Shown one piece after another: positions 40,978-50,785 of a stretch of 64,000 nt of DNA. A program made the position numbers and the translations under genes. Source of the DNA: Oceanispirochaeta sp. (GTDB taxonomy: Bacteria > Spirochaetota > Spirochaetia > DSM-2461); contig CAXXXD010000003.1 in NCBI GenBank assembly GCA_963663385.2, positions 224,001 through 288,000 on the forward strand. Reading direction: 5' to 3'. The notes below the pieces were generated by a model. That model was not told the origin of the DNA. It saw nothing but the letters and a program-made list of their open reading frames with translations, and searched no databases. The stretch's first letter is position 1. Every line of letters begins with the position of its first letter.

Positions 40978-41667
40978 TTAAAAAATAGTCATAAGATGAA
41001 GTACAGTGGTCAGGATATTCTGGAGATGATGAGTCATATAACCCTCCGCTTCCTCGACCTTGTTGTTCAATATCATCTCACCCAGAATAAGGTGTTCTTC
41101 CGCATTTTTCTGGGTTCTGTCGCCCATGGCGGTAACACCTGTCCGGATGCGGGTCCATTTTATATCAATGTCATCGATCAGTTTTTTAAGATAGGGAGAT
41201 TTTGTCATCTCACTGATTGTATTATGAAACCGGGTATCAAGGTTTTCCCAGATTCTGTTCAGTTCCGGATTGATGCCAAAACTGCTGAAGTCTGATTTCA
41301 GGAACAGCTCAATTTCCTCCAGAACCTTCCTGAACTCCTGCTCATCCCCTTCTGTTTTTCGTTCAATGGCCAGACGGACAGTGGTGCACTGCAGGCTGAT
41401 TTTTGCGTCAAAGTACTGAACCAGTTCTTCCGAAGTCGGGCGGTAAATCGTCTTTTTTCCATTATGGTTGATAATCAGACCTTCCTGTTCCAGGACATTG
41501 ATAGCCATGGTCACAGGCGTCCGGCTTACACGCAGTTCCTTCGCAATTTCAATTTCAGAAATTATTTCATCCGGTTTGTATTTGTTATCACAGAAATTCT
41601 GCCTGATCTTTCTGTAAACATGCTCCCATACTTTCTCTTTAACAGGAGTTAACATCTGTTCGTTCAT
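40978..41667 (-). CDS. GntR family regulator (FCD domain)
   Basis: EIEIAKELRVSRTPV wHTH; DTRFH and EEH FCD motifs. Confidence 0.9.
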   Translation of the reverse strand: MNEQMLTPVKEKVWEHVYRKIRQNFCDNKYKPDEIISEIEIAKELRVSRTPVTMAINVLEQEGLIINHNGKKTIYRPTSEELVQYFDAKISLQCTTVRLAIERKTEGDEQEFRKVLEEIELFLKSDFSSFGINPELNRIWENLDTRFHNTISEMTKSPYLKKLIDDIDIKWTRIRTGVTAMGDRTQKNAEEHLILGEMILNNKVEEAEGYMTHHLQNILTTVLHLMTIF

Positions 41668-41884
41668 AGTTACAGCATAATATGCTAAATAGAATTTGAC
41701 AACAGTAATTATGGAAATGTTTGATAATAATTATGATAGAATATTAAAATTATTATATAAGGCATTGCATAAAATCTTATTCAAGCAGTTTTTTTAAGTT
41801 GAATATCGATATAAGTCTGTTAGAACGATGTTAGAAGTCCTCATGTGCTGCATTAATAATAATTATATTAATGCAAAATATAAT

Positions 41885-41944
41885 TTGACACAGAGGATAT
41901 CTCATGCTACTATTTATTAAGCATTCAAATGCATACGTATTCAA
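41885..41944 (+). promoter_or_regulatory. TRAP operon promoter and operator O2
   Basis: TTGACA-N17-TACTAT (extended TG); ATGCATACGTATTCAA at 41929-41944. Confidence 0.8.
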
Positions 41945-41979
41945 GAAAGTTCCATAATTACAAATAGAGGAGGACGTAA

Positions 41980-42597
41980 TTGTTTAAAAAGATTTTTAAA
42001 TGGTTGGATATTAATTTTGAACCAACGGTTATGACGGTTCTTTTTTATGCTATTACCATGCTGATTACCCTTCAGGTTATTCTGAGATTTGTCTTTTCCA
42101 CCGGTTTTTCCTGGGGAGAGGAAGTGGCGCGATTTCTGTTCGTCTGGCTGATGAACTTCAGTATTGCCTATGCAACCCGGAATCAGCGGCATATAAAAAT
42201 TACATATATCATTAATATGTTCAGCGTAAAGGTTCAGAAGATTTTTCTGATACTGTCGGATATGGTATTTCTGATATTTTCCAGCCTGATATTTATGGCT
42301 GCCATAAGGGTCTGTCAGGCGGCAATCAAATATGCCGATATGGCAGTTACCATTGAGGTTTCTCTGAATGTTGTCTATGGCGCGGGAGTTGTCGGATACG
42401 CCCTGATTGTTATCCGCCTGATTCAGACTCTCATATGGAAAATCAGGAATTTTGATGCAGAGATGGACCGCTATGAGAATCGAGGCGGTTCCTATACCGG
42501 TGCAGATAAGATTTTCTTTCTGCCGGAATCAGAAAAAAAAGGCATTGAGAAAGCTGAAAATGCCTGTACGGCAGGAATAAAGGGGGCTGAGGCATGA
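41980..42597 (+). CDS. dctQ: TRAP transporter small permease
   Basis: QVILRFVF..SWGEEVARFLFVWL; 4 TM. Confidence 0.9.
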   Translation: MFKKIFKWLDINFEPTVMTVLFYAITMLITLQVILRFVFSTGFSWGEEVARFLFVWLMNFSIAYATRNQRHIKITYIINMFSVKVQKIFLILSDMVFLIFSSLIFMAAIRVCQAAIKYADMAVTIEVSLNVVYGAGVVGYALIVIRLIQTLIWKIRNFDAEMDRYENRGGSYTGADKIFFLPESEKKGIEKAENACTAGIKGAEA

Positions 42598-43880
42598 CAT
42601 TTGTATTATTCGGTTCTCTTGTGCTGTTGCTTCTGGCAGCGGTTCCCATTGGTATTGCTCTGGGAACCGCATCAATCCTTACGATTTTCACATCCGATCC
42701 CATCAGTATAGAGTCTTTTACGCAGACAATGATCCAGGGGTTGAATTCCTTCCCCCTGATGGCGGTTCCCCTTTTTACTTTTGCCGGTGATATTATGGGG
42801 CGGGGCGGAATATCCAAACGTCTGTTGAATGTTACCGGTGTAATGTTCGGCCGCTTTAAGGGCGGTTTGGGTGTTGTCTCTATTGTTGCCTGTCTGTTTT
42901 TTGCGGCCATTTCCGGAACCGGATCCGCAACTGTTGCGGCTATCGGTCTGATAATGATCCCCGAGATGGTCCGTATGGGATATAATAAAGACTTTTCCGG
43001 TGCTCTGGTGGCAACTGCCGGTACGGTTGGGGTTATCATTCCCCCCAGTATCTGCATGGTTATCTATGCGGTAGCTGCAGGAACTTCTGTAACCGGTATG
43101 TTTATGGCCGGAATAGGCCCCGGACTGCTGGTGGGACTGGCTCTATCCATCTATACAGTTTTCTATTCTGCAAAGAAAGGGTATGAAGGGGATCAGACCC
43201 GCTACACCATGAAAGAAGTAGGGGCTATCTTTCTGGATGCCATTCCAGCACTTCTGGTTCCCGTAATTATTCTGGGCGGAATCTACGGCGGTGTATTTAC
43301 CCCGACAGAAGCGGCAGCCGTTGCGGCGGTATATGGTATTTTTGTCAGTGTTTTTGTCTATAAAGAGGTAAAACTGTCGGAGCTGCCGTTTATCGGATTC
43401 AATTCGGCACTGCTTTGCGCCGCGGTACTGGTTATTATCGGTATTTCATCCGGTTTCGGCCGGATACTGACTATCGCCAATATCCCTACAGCCATAGCCA
43501 ATTTTATTCTGGATATTACAACCAGCAAGTTTCTGATCCTGCTGTTTATCAATATTCTGCTGCTGATTGTGGGAACTTTTATGGAAACAAATGCGTCCAT
43601 AATTATTCTGGTGCCGATTCTGCTGCCTGTTGTTACTTCCCTGGGAGTTAATCCGGTACACTTTGGTGTCATGATGGTATTGAACCTTGCTATCGGTTTT
43701 GTGACACCGCCACTGGGTGCCAACCTTTTTATGGCCTGTCAGATTAGCGATATCAGGTTTGATGACATTGCCAAGGCAATTGTACCCTGGATTCTGGTTA
43801 TGGTAATCGTTCTGATGCTTGTAACCTATATCCCGGCAATTACGATGTGGCTGCCCAAGGTTATGGGTATCCCTATTTAG
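42594..43880 (+). CDS. dctM: TRAP transporter large permease
   Basis: FAAISG, IIPPSI, FTPTEA, TPPLG. Confidence 0.94.
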   Translation: MTFVLFGSLVLLLLAAVPIGIALGTASILTIFTSDPISIESFTQTMIQGLNSFPLMAVPLFTFAGDIMGRGGISKRLLNVTGVMFGRFKGGLGVVSIVACLFFAAISGTGSATVAAIGLIMIPEMVRMGYNKDFSGALVATAGTVGVIIPPSICMVIYAVAAGTSVTGMFMAGIGPGLLVGLALSIYTVFYSAKKGYEGDQTRYTMKEVGAIFLDAIPALLVPVIILGGIYGGVFTPTEAAAVAAVYGIFVSVFVYKEVKLSELPFIGFNSALLCAAVLVIIGISSGFGRILTIANIPTAIANFILDITTSKFLILLFINILLLIVGTFMETNASIIILVPILLPVVTSLGVNPVHFGVMMVLNLAIGFVTPPLGANLFMACQISDIRFDDIAKAIVPWILVMVIVLMLVTYIPAITMWLPKVMGIPI

Positions 43881-43940
43881 ACTGAATGACGGCCGGCTCT
43901 TAAGGGGGGGCGGCTGTAAAAAAATTGTTATTTACCCGGC

Positions 43941-43956
43941 ATGCATACGTATTCAA
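43941..43956 (+). promoter_or_regulatory. Operator O3 upstream of dctP
   Basis: ATGCATACGTATTCAA, identical to O2. Confidence 0.75.
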
Positions 43957-44007
43957 GCCGGATGTAAATATGTTAAAGTAATTATTGAAGGAGAAATGGA
44001 GGAAATT

Positions 44008-45024
44008 ATGAAGAAAATGATGACAGTTATGATGGCATTACTGATGGTGATCGGGCTTTCGACAGCAGTTGCAGAAGGGCAGAAGGAAGGACCTGAAAAA
44101 GTAACAATCAAACTGGCGCATGATAATAATGTCCAGGCTGAAGGGCATCTGGCTTTTATGGAGTTCAAGAAAATCGTTGAAGCCGAATCCGATGGAAGAA
44201 TTGAAGTTCAGATCTACCCCGGCGGACAGCTCGGCAGTGTTCAGGATATGTTTGAACAGACAAGGCGCGGTGATATTCAGATGAGTGTCGGTGCAACAAC
44301 CCTGTTTACACAGACAATTCCCGAGTTTGCTGTATGGGACTCTTTCTATATGTTTGAAGATGCGGCTCATGCCCACAGAGTCCTTGATGGTAAAGCCGGT
44401 CAGGAGCTGATGAAACCCCTGGATAAAATGAATCTGGAAGGAATCGGTTATATGGAGATCGGTTTCAGAAACTTTTCCAACAGCAAAAGAGCCATTGTTG
44501 ATCCTTCGGATGTTGAGGGTCTTAAAATCAGAGGTTACAGCCCCATGCAGATCAAAGCCTGGGAATCAGTCGGATGTTCTCTGACAAACCTTTCCTGGTC
44601 TGAAGTATTTACATCCCTCCAGCAGAATCTGATTGATGGACAGGAATGTGCTACATCCAGTTTCTACAATGCCAAGTTCTACGAAGCTCAGAAATACTGG
44701 TCTTTAACAAGACACATCTATACCAACTGGCTGTGGTATGCCAATAAGGATTTTATGGCAGAACTGTCTGATACTGACAGAGCCCTTATTATGGATGCAG
44801 CCCAAAAGGCCATTGCTCTGGACAGAAAACTGGTTAGTGAAGCGGAAGAGAAAACTCTGGCCATGCTGCCCGGTAACGGTGTAGACGTTAACGAAGTTCC
44901 CCTTGAAACCCGTCTTGCCATGGGTGAAAGAATGAACGGTGCCGTAAGCGCTGAAATCATTGCCAAATGCGGTATTGAAATCTACGATATGGTTCAGGCC
45001 GAAATCGTAGCTGAAAGAAAATAG
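44008..45024 (+). CDS. dctP: TRAP transporter substrate-binding protein
   Basis: Signal peptide; YPGGQLG, GFRN, GLKIR (conserved Arg), LQQNLIDGQE. Confidence 0.93.
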   Translation: MKKMMTVMMALLMVIGLSTAVAEGQKEGPEKVTIKLAHDNNVQAEGHLAFMEFKKIVEAESDGRIEVQIYPGGQLGSVQDMFEQTRRGDIQMSVGATTLFTQTIPEFAVWDSFYMFEDAAHAHRVLDGKAGQELMKPLDKMNLEGIGYMEIGFRNFSNSKRAIVDPSDVEGLKIRGYSPMQIKAWESVGCSLTNLSWSEVFTSLQQNLIDGQECATSSFYNAKFYEAQKYWSLTRHIYTNWLWYANKDFMAELSDTDRALIMDAAQKAIALDRKLVSEAEEKTLAMLPGNGVDVNEVPLETRLAMGERMNGAVSAEIIAKCGIEIYDMVQAEIVAERK

Positions 45025-45031
45025 TAATAAA

Positions 45032-45240
45032 ACCCCTTTCCTCAGGGAGAGGGGTGGATTAAGGGAGAAGTGTTCTTACCAACCAGCTCTTCCGGGTGAT
45101 TGATTAAAAAACCTTCCCCCCGACCCCTCCAAAAAGGGGAAATTGTCCAGTTGCAGCGCTAACTGTAGGATTATATGCCCCAGCACTCCTTCGATGGGGG
45201 AGACTGGGAAAAAGGAATTAATAGAGAAGGGTTAGGGAAC
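45032..45240. repeat. Degenerate REP-like C/G-run palindromes
   Basis: ACCCCTTTCC-TCAG-GGAGAGGGGT and further CCCCTCC-AAAA-AGGGG type hairpins. Confidence 0.45.
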
Positions 45241-45305
45241 CGGTAATCTATGGAGTTAATAAGGGATATCTGATATTATTGTTATATCCCTCAATGGATG
45301 ATGTG

Positions 45306-46346
45306 ATGATGAAAAACCTTGATGTTAAACAGAAAAAGAAACGAATATCCTCCGTAGATGTCGCCAGAGAAGCCGGTGTTTCCCAGTCTACTGTTTCGAG
45401 GGTATTTAATAATTCCAAAGGGGTGAATGTTTCTCCAGATACATTTAAAAGGATTATGGCTGCTGCGGAAAAGCTGAATTATCGGCCCAGTATCCTGGCC
45501 CGGGGGCTGCAGCAGCAGGCTACCAACATTATTGGTATTGTTACTCATAACTTCGAAAGTCCATTTCAGACTGAATCACTTAACTGTTTTTCAAGGGAAT
45601 TGCAAAAAATCGGGTATACAACCCTGCTGCTGAACCTCTCTTCCGATGCTCATCTGGATGATGTGCTGCCCAGAGCTCTGGAATATCAGGTGGATGGCAT
45701 CGTGCTGACTTCTGTTTTTCTGACTTCCCATCTGGCTGATGACTGTCGGGATTATAATACACCGGTGATTCAGTATAACCGCTATTCAGAGAATCAGAAC
45801 GTAGATTCGGTTTGTCTGGATAACCGGATGGCTGGCGAGGATGTCGCCCGTTATCTTGTGGAAACAGGGCATCGGAGGATTGCCTATATATCCGGTTCCA
45901 ATGCATCTTCTACAAGCCGGGATCGGCGGGAAGGGCTGACCCTGGGACTGGAGAAAAATGGTCTTGTATTATTTGATGAGTTTGCCGGCGGTTTCGGGTA
46001 TGATACAGGTATGAAGGCGTCGGATAAGCTATTGGCCGGGAAGGAACAGATCCCCGATGCGGTTTTCTGCATTACAGATAAAGTGGCCGCGGGTTTTATT
46101 GACCGGGCACAGAGTGCTTATGGTATCCGGATTCCCGATGATATATCTGTTGTCGGATTTGATGACATTGAAATTGCGTCCTGGCCGCGCTATGACCTGA
46201 CAACAGTTGCCCAGCCGATAGAGAAGATGGTTAAAGAAACAATCGGAATTCTTATGGATTCCATTAAATATGAGAAGCGGAAGGTCTCCAGAAAACTGAT
46301 ACCCGGTCCGCTGGTAAAGAGATCTACAGTAAAAGACAGACGCTGA
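45306..46346 (+). CDS. LacI family transcriptional regulator
   Basis: DVAREAGVSQSTVSRV, LNYRP..ARGL, IPDDISVVGFDD; start uncertain. Confidence 0.93.
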   Translation: MMKNLDVKQKKKRISSVDVAREAGVSQSTVSRVFNNSKGVNVSPDTFKRIMAAAEKLNYRPSILARGLQQQATNIIGIVTHNFESPFQTESLNCFSRELQKIGYTTLLLNLSSDAHLDDVLPRALEYQVDGIVLTSVFLTSHLADDCRDYNTPVIQYNRYSENQNVDSVCLDNRMAGEDVARYLVETGHRRIAYISGSNASSTSRDRREGLTLGLEKNGLVLFDEFAGGFGYDTGMKASDKLLAGKEQIPDAVFCITDKVAAGFIDRAQSAYGIRIPDDISVVGFDDIEIASWPRYDLTTVAQPIEKMVKETIGILMDSIKYEKRKVSRKLIPGPLVKRSTVKDRR

Positions 46347-46386
46347 TACAGTATTTTTTACTGACTATGGAGTAGTTGAATACATA

Positions 46387-46406
46387 TTGTGCATACGTAT
46401 GCACAA
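46387..46406 (+). promoter_or_regulatory. Operator O4 upstream of the transaldolase-like operon
   Basis: Perfect 20-bp palindrome TTGTGCATACGTATGCACAA. Confidence 0.8.
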
Positions 46407-46479
46407 ATTAGTAAGTAAGGTAATAGGATTCGAAAACCGGATCATCAGATAGAAGAGATTAATTTAGGAGAGTAATACA

Positions 46480-47520
46480 ATGAAAAAAGGTTATTTTCAC
46501 AGAGTCAACAAGCAGACACCCACCCGTTTCTGGATAAATAATGTAACAAGAGAAGAAGCGGATATTGCATTGGAAGCCGGTGCAGTCGGCTGTACCCAGA
46601 ACCCTTCCTATGTTTACAAGATGCTGACCAATAATCAGGAGAAATCCTTCGCCTTTGAAAAACTGGATGCCATTCTGAAGGATAGACCCGGCGATGAGGA
46701 TATGGTTCAGGAGATCCTGCAGCAGCAGCTGGTCGGGAATATAGCCAAGCACTTTATGCCCCTGTATGAAGCCAGCCAGGGTAAAGCCGGTTACGTCAGT
46801 GTTCAGGGTAATCCCTTTAAGGAAGATATGGAAAATATCATCCGCAACGCCCGATTCAACCGGGAAGCCGGTCCCAACATTATGGCCAAGGTACCCGCTA
46901 CAGAAGAAGGTCTTGAAGCAATTGAAGTTCTTCTGGCAGAGGGAACCCCCATTAACGCTACAGAAGTTATGGGTGTAAGACAGGCCATGGATGTTTGTGA
47001 CGTATATGACCGGGTGGCTAAAAAAGTAAAAGATATGCCAGTTGTTTACTTCTCTCACATTACCGGTATTTACGATGAATACCTTCAGAACTATGTTAAA
47101 GAGAAGGGGATAGAAATCAGTCAGGATACACTCTGGCAGGCCGGTATGGTCATTGCCAAGAAAACGCATCGTCTGGTGAAAGAGCGGAACAGCGCTGTCG
47201 GATTTATCGGGGGCGGTGCCAGAGGGCTGCACCACTTTACCGAAATGGTTGGAGCTGATGCCTGCATCACAATCAACTGGACAGGTACTGCGGATAAGCT
47301 GATTGAACAGGATGCACCAGTAATAGACCGCTTCCATGCTCCTGTAGCGGAATCCGTTCTGGATGAATGTCTGGAGAAAATGGAAGATTTCAGCCGCGGC
47401 TGGTACGTTAACGGTCTGAAACCTGCCGAGTATGAAGAGTTCGGTCCGGTCGTCTTGTTCCGTGAATCCTTTGAAAAAGCCTGGGGCGAAGCCAGAAAGC
47501 TTATAAAGGACAGAATGTAA
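46480..47520 (+). CDS. Transaldolase/FSA family protein, divergent
   Basis: GCTQNPS, MAKVPATEEGLEAI (Schiff-base Lys), INAT. Confidence 0.85.
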   Translation: MKKGYFHRVNKQTPTRFWINNVTREEADIALEAGAVGCTQNPSYVYKMLTNNQEKSFAFEKLDAILKDRPGDEDMVQEILQQQLVGNIAKHFMPLYEASQGKAGYVSVQGNPFKEDMENIIRNARFNREAGPNIMAKVPATEEGLEAIEVLLAEGTPINATEVMGVRQAMDVCDVYDRVAKKVKDMPVVYFSHITGIYDEYLQNYVKEKGIEISQDTLWQAGMVIAKKTHRLVKERNSAVGFIGGGARGLHHFTEMVGADACITINWTGTADKLIEQDAPVIDRFHAPVAESVLDECLEKMEDFSRGWYVNGLKPAEYEEFGPVVLFRESFEKAWGEARKLIKDRM

Positions 47521-47585
47521 TTGTCAGGGGCCGGCCTGAAAGGCGCTGTATCAGGCCAGCCCATCTGAGGATTTAGGAAAATGCT

Positions 47586-48476
47586 GTGATGAGAAACAAA
47601 AGAAATCTGGAATGGGAAAGTTTTGATCCCCGCATGGATGAATATACGGGAAAGAGAGCCTCTCTGGAGACATTGGCGGATGGGTTCCGTTTTCTGGAAG
47701 GTCCCGCCTGGAACCGGAAAGAACAGAAGCTCTATTTCAGTGATATTCCGGGTAACGGAATCTATACCTGGTCCGAAAAGGCAGGTGTGGAGCTCTACAA
47801 GCCCAACAGCTATCTGGCCAACGGCAATACTCTGGTTAATGATCGCTATCTGCTGACTTGTGAACACGGGACAAGCCGTGTAACAAAGACGGATTTGACA
47901 GACGGAACCTATACGGTCCTGGCCGATCGTTACGAAGGAAAAGAGCTGAACAGCCCCAACGATGTAGTGGCTGATGCGGGGGGACATGTCTATTTCACCG
48001 ATCCCGAAGCCGGAAGGGCTCACCGGGTGGGGATTCCCCGCCCCAGGCCGCTGGATTTTATGGGTGTATTCAGGATTGACCGGTTGACAGGCGCGGTCAC
48101 CCTGCTGGAAAAAGAGATGGAATTTCCCAACGGTTTATGTTTTTCACCGGATGGAAAAACCCTCTATGTCAATGACAGCCGGAAAGCTAATATCCTGGCT
48201 TTTGATGTGGATGAAAAGGGCGGTTTGGAAAACCGGCGGATTTTTTCCGAGTTTCAGTATGACGGTCCCGGTTGTCTGGACGGTATGAAATGTATGAAGG
48301 ACGGAACAATCCTCTGTACAGCTCCGAAAGGGATCTATGTTCTGGATAAAACGGGTGTAAAACTGGGAAGAATGTTCGTCCCGGAGGTTGCTGCCAATTT
48401 CACATGCGGTGATTCAGAAGAAGAGCTGTATCTGACGGCGACATCCTCCGTATACAGGATTCTGTTAAAAAGTTAG
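47586..48476 (+). CDS. SMP-30/gluconolactonase family protein
   Basis: EGPAW, NSPNDV, YFTDP, PNGLCFSPD, DGM. Confidence 0.92.
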   Translation: MMRNKRNLEWESFDPRMDEYTGKRASLETLADGFRFLEGPAWNRKEQKLYFSDIPGNGIYTWSEKAGVELYKPNSYLANGNTLVNDRYLLTCEHGTSRVTKTDLTDGTYTVLADRYEGKELNSPNDVVADAGGHVYFTDPEAGRAHRVGIPRPRPLDFMGVFRIDRLTGAVTLLEKEMEFPNGLCFSPDGKTLYVNDSRKANILAFDVDEKGGLENRRIFSEFQYDGPGCLDGMKCMKDGTILCTAPKGIYVLDKTGVKLGRMFVPEVAANFTCGDSEEELYLTATSSVYRILLKS

Positions 48477-48504
48477 ACGAATTGATAATGATGGAGAAAG
48501 TAAA

Positions 48505-49932
48505 ATGATTAAATCAGAAAAACCGAGGGTTGGATTTATCACATTTGGTGACCACCGCCCTGATATGTGGGAGAAGGTCTTCTCTCATAAAACTATCCCC
48601 CTGCATACCAAAGCGCTGGAACTGATGGGGAAGATGGATATTGAACTGATTGTTGCCGAGGACTTTGTCAGAACCCGGGATCAGATTAATGAAGCCATTG
48701 ACGCCTTGAAGGGTAAGGATATTGATGTTCTTGTAGCTCATATTCCCTGCTGGACCAGTCCCAACCTGGTTGTACACGGTATTCAGAGAATGGGTATTTA
48801 TACCATCCTCCTGGGGAACCGGGATCCCGGTACTCACGGCTGTGTGGGACTGCTTGGTGCCGCCGGTGCTCTGGGACAGATTGACTTTCCCCACCGCTGT
48901 ATACGGGAAGAGTACGATGTAGACGTATACAATGAAAAAGTGCTGCCTCTTATTAAAGCAGTATCTGTTAAGGAAAAACTGAAAGGTTCCGTGATGGGGC
49001 TGTTCGGCGGCCGTTCCATCGGTATCGACACCAGTCAGTTTGACCCCATGCAGTGGAAGGCCAAATTCGGCATCGACAGCGAACACCTGGATCAGGTGGA
49101 AATTATCCGTCTGGCTAAAGAGATTCCCCGGGAAAGAATCGACAAAATGCGGACCTGGATCGAAAAGAGCGCCAAAGAGGTCCGGTACAATGATGATAAG
49201 CTGACAAAAGAAAAATTTGATTTTCAGCTCGCCTGCTACCTGGCCACCAAGGATATGGTAAAAGAGTGGGGCATGGACTATGTGTCCCTCAAATGTATGC
49301 ATGAACTGTCGAATTCCTATGTTCCCCAGTGTATGACCCAGGCATTCCTGGCCAACCACGAAGATGCGGAAGGACCGAAAACTCCCACACCCATCGCCTG
49401 TGAAGCCGATGCGGACGGAGCTCTTACACAACAGATACTGCGTATCCTTTCCGGCGGAAAACCCACTTTTTTTGCGGATGTCAGCCACATCGATAACGAA
49501 AAGAACATTATGTACTGTGTGAACTGCGGAGCCATCTGCGTCTACTATGCCGGCCGCAGTCAGAATACAGAAGAGAATCTGAAAAATATCGTTATCAATC
49601 AGTCTGTCCGTCCCGGCGGTGGAGGAATTACATACTTCAATGCTTCAACTGGTCCCATGCAGCTGGCCCGCCTCTACCGGAAGGGCGGAAAGTACAAAAT
49701 GGCCATTATCCCCTGTGATGCGGTACAGCCGACTCAGGAAATGCTGGATGAGTTTATAGAAGCCCGCGGTCCCCACCAGCTGCCGACCCTTTTTGCCAAG
49801 TGCAACCTGGATATAGAGAGGTTTATCAATGAGTATGGTTCCAATCATATTTCAGGTGTTGAAGGAATGTATCTGAACGAACTGCTGGAAGTTTGTAATG
49901 TTCTGGATATCGAAGCGGAAGTTTTTGCATAA
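48505..49932 (+). CDS. L-fucose/L-arabinose isomerase family protein
   Basis: ACEADADG (Mn-ligand E), FAD, NCG, GSNH. Confidence 0.85.
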   Translation: MIKSEKPRVGFITFGDHRPDMWEKVFSHKTIPLHTKALELMGKMDIELIVAEDFVRTRDQINEAIDALKGKDIDVLVAHIPCWTSPNLVVHGIQRMGIYTILLGNRDPGTHGCVGLLGAAGALGQIDFPHRCIREEYDVDVYNEKVLPLIKAVSVKEKLKGSVMGLFGGRSIGIDTSQFDPMQWKAKFGIDSEHLDQVEIIRLAKEIPRERIDKMRTWIEKSAKEVRYNDDKLTKEKFDFQLACYLATKDMVKEWGMDYVSLKCMHELSNSYVPQCMTQAFLANHEDAEGPKTPTPIACEADADGALTQQILRILSGGKPTFFADVSHIDNEKNIMYCVNCGAICVYYAGRSQNTEENLKNIVINQSVRPGGGGITYFNASTGPMQLARLYRKGGKYKMAIIPCDAVQPTQEMLDEFIEARGPHQLPTLFAKCNLDIERFINEYGSNHISGVEGMYLNELLEVCNVLDIEAEVFA

Positions 49933-49946
49933 AAAGAGGTAAACAA

Positions 49947-50726
49947 ATGTTAGACAAGAATAAAAACCGGGTAAAAGACATATTGAAAAAAGGCGGGAAA
50001 GTTTCATCAGGCTGGCTGCAGGCCGGCAGCCCTGTAACCGCTGAAGTTATGGCGGAAGCTGGATTTGATGTACTTATGATCGATCTGGAACACGGTCCGG
50101 GGAATATAATGACAACGATCAACCAGATTATGGCTATGAAAAACGAGAAAGCGGTCCCTTTCTGCCGGGCTCCCTGGAATGATTTTGTACAGTTGAAAAA
50201 AATCCTGGATGCCGGTGTATACGGCATGCTGGTTCCCTATGTTAACACTAAAGAAGAAGTGGAAGCGGCTGTTGCGGCTGTAACCTATCCCACGGAAGGA
50301 ATCCGCGGTGTCGCGGGAAGTCCCCGGGCCGCCCACTACGGCAATAATTCCATGGACTATCTGAAATCAGCCAACGATGAGGTATTCCTGATGACAGCGG
50401 TGGAAACACCGGAAGCGGTAAAAAATATTGATGAAATTCTGTCCGTTGACAGGCTGGACGGTATCTTTATCGGCCCCATGGACCTGGCCACCAATATGGG
50501 ATTTTTCGGTAATCCCAAAGCTCCCGAAGTACAGGAAGCGATTAAGAAAGTGGAAGAGAAGGTATTTGCCTCCGGTAAAATCCTGGCTACCGTTGCCGGA
50601 ACCTGGGATGATGCCAAAGCAAAGTATGAAAGGGGTTACAGTCTGATCAACTTCTTTTCCGATACGACCACCCTTGGAGCTGTCGCCCGGGAACGGGTTA
50701 AACTGTTTAACGAATTCAACAAATAA
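49947..50726 (+). CDS. HpcH/HpaI family 2-keto-3-deoxy-acid aldolase
   Basis: DLEHG, LDAG..G.LVP, VET, FIGPMDL. Confidence 0.92.
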   Translation: MLDKNKNRVKDILKKGGKVSSGWLQAGSPVTAEVMAEAGFDVLMIDLEHGPGNIMTTINQIMAMKNEKAVPFCRAPWNDFVQLKKILDAGVYGMLVPYVNTKEEVEAAVAAVTYPTEGIRGVAGSPRAAHYGNNSMDYLKSANDEVFLMTAVETPEAVKNIDEILSVDRLDGIFIGPMDLATNMGFFGNPKAPEVQEAIKKVEEKVFASGKILATVAGTWDDAKAKYERGYSLINFFSDTTTLGAVARERVKLFNEFNK

Positions 50727-50785
50727 GGATCCTCCTTTTCCGGGGGAGGTATTATAATCTGCCTCTCCCGGTTTTTTAATAAGCT

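Noticed and set aside
46459..49488. Long minus-strand ORFs (292, 300, 324 aa)
   Set aside because: Antisense to well-supported enzymes; no recognisable motifs
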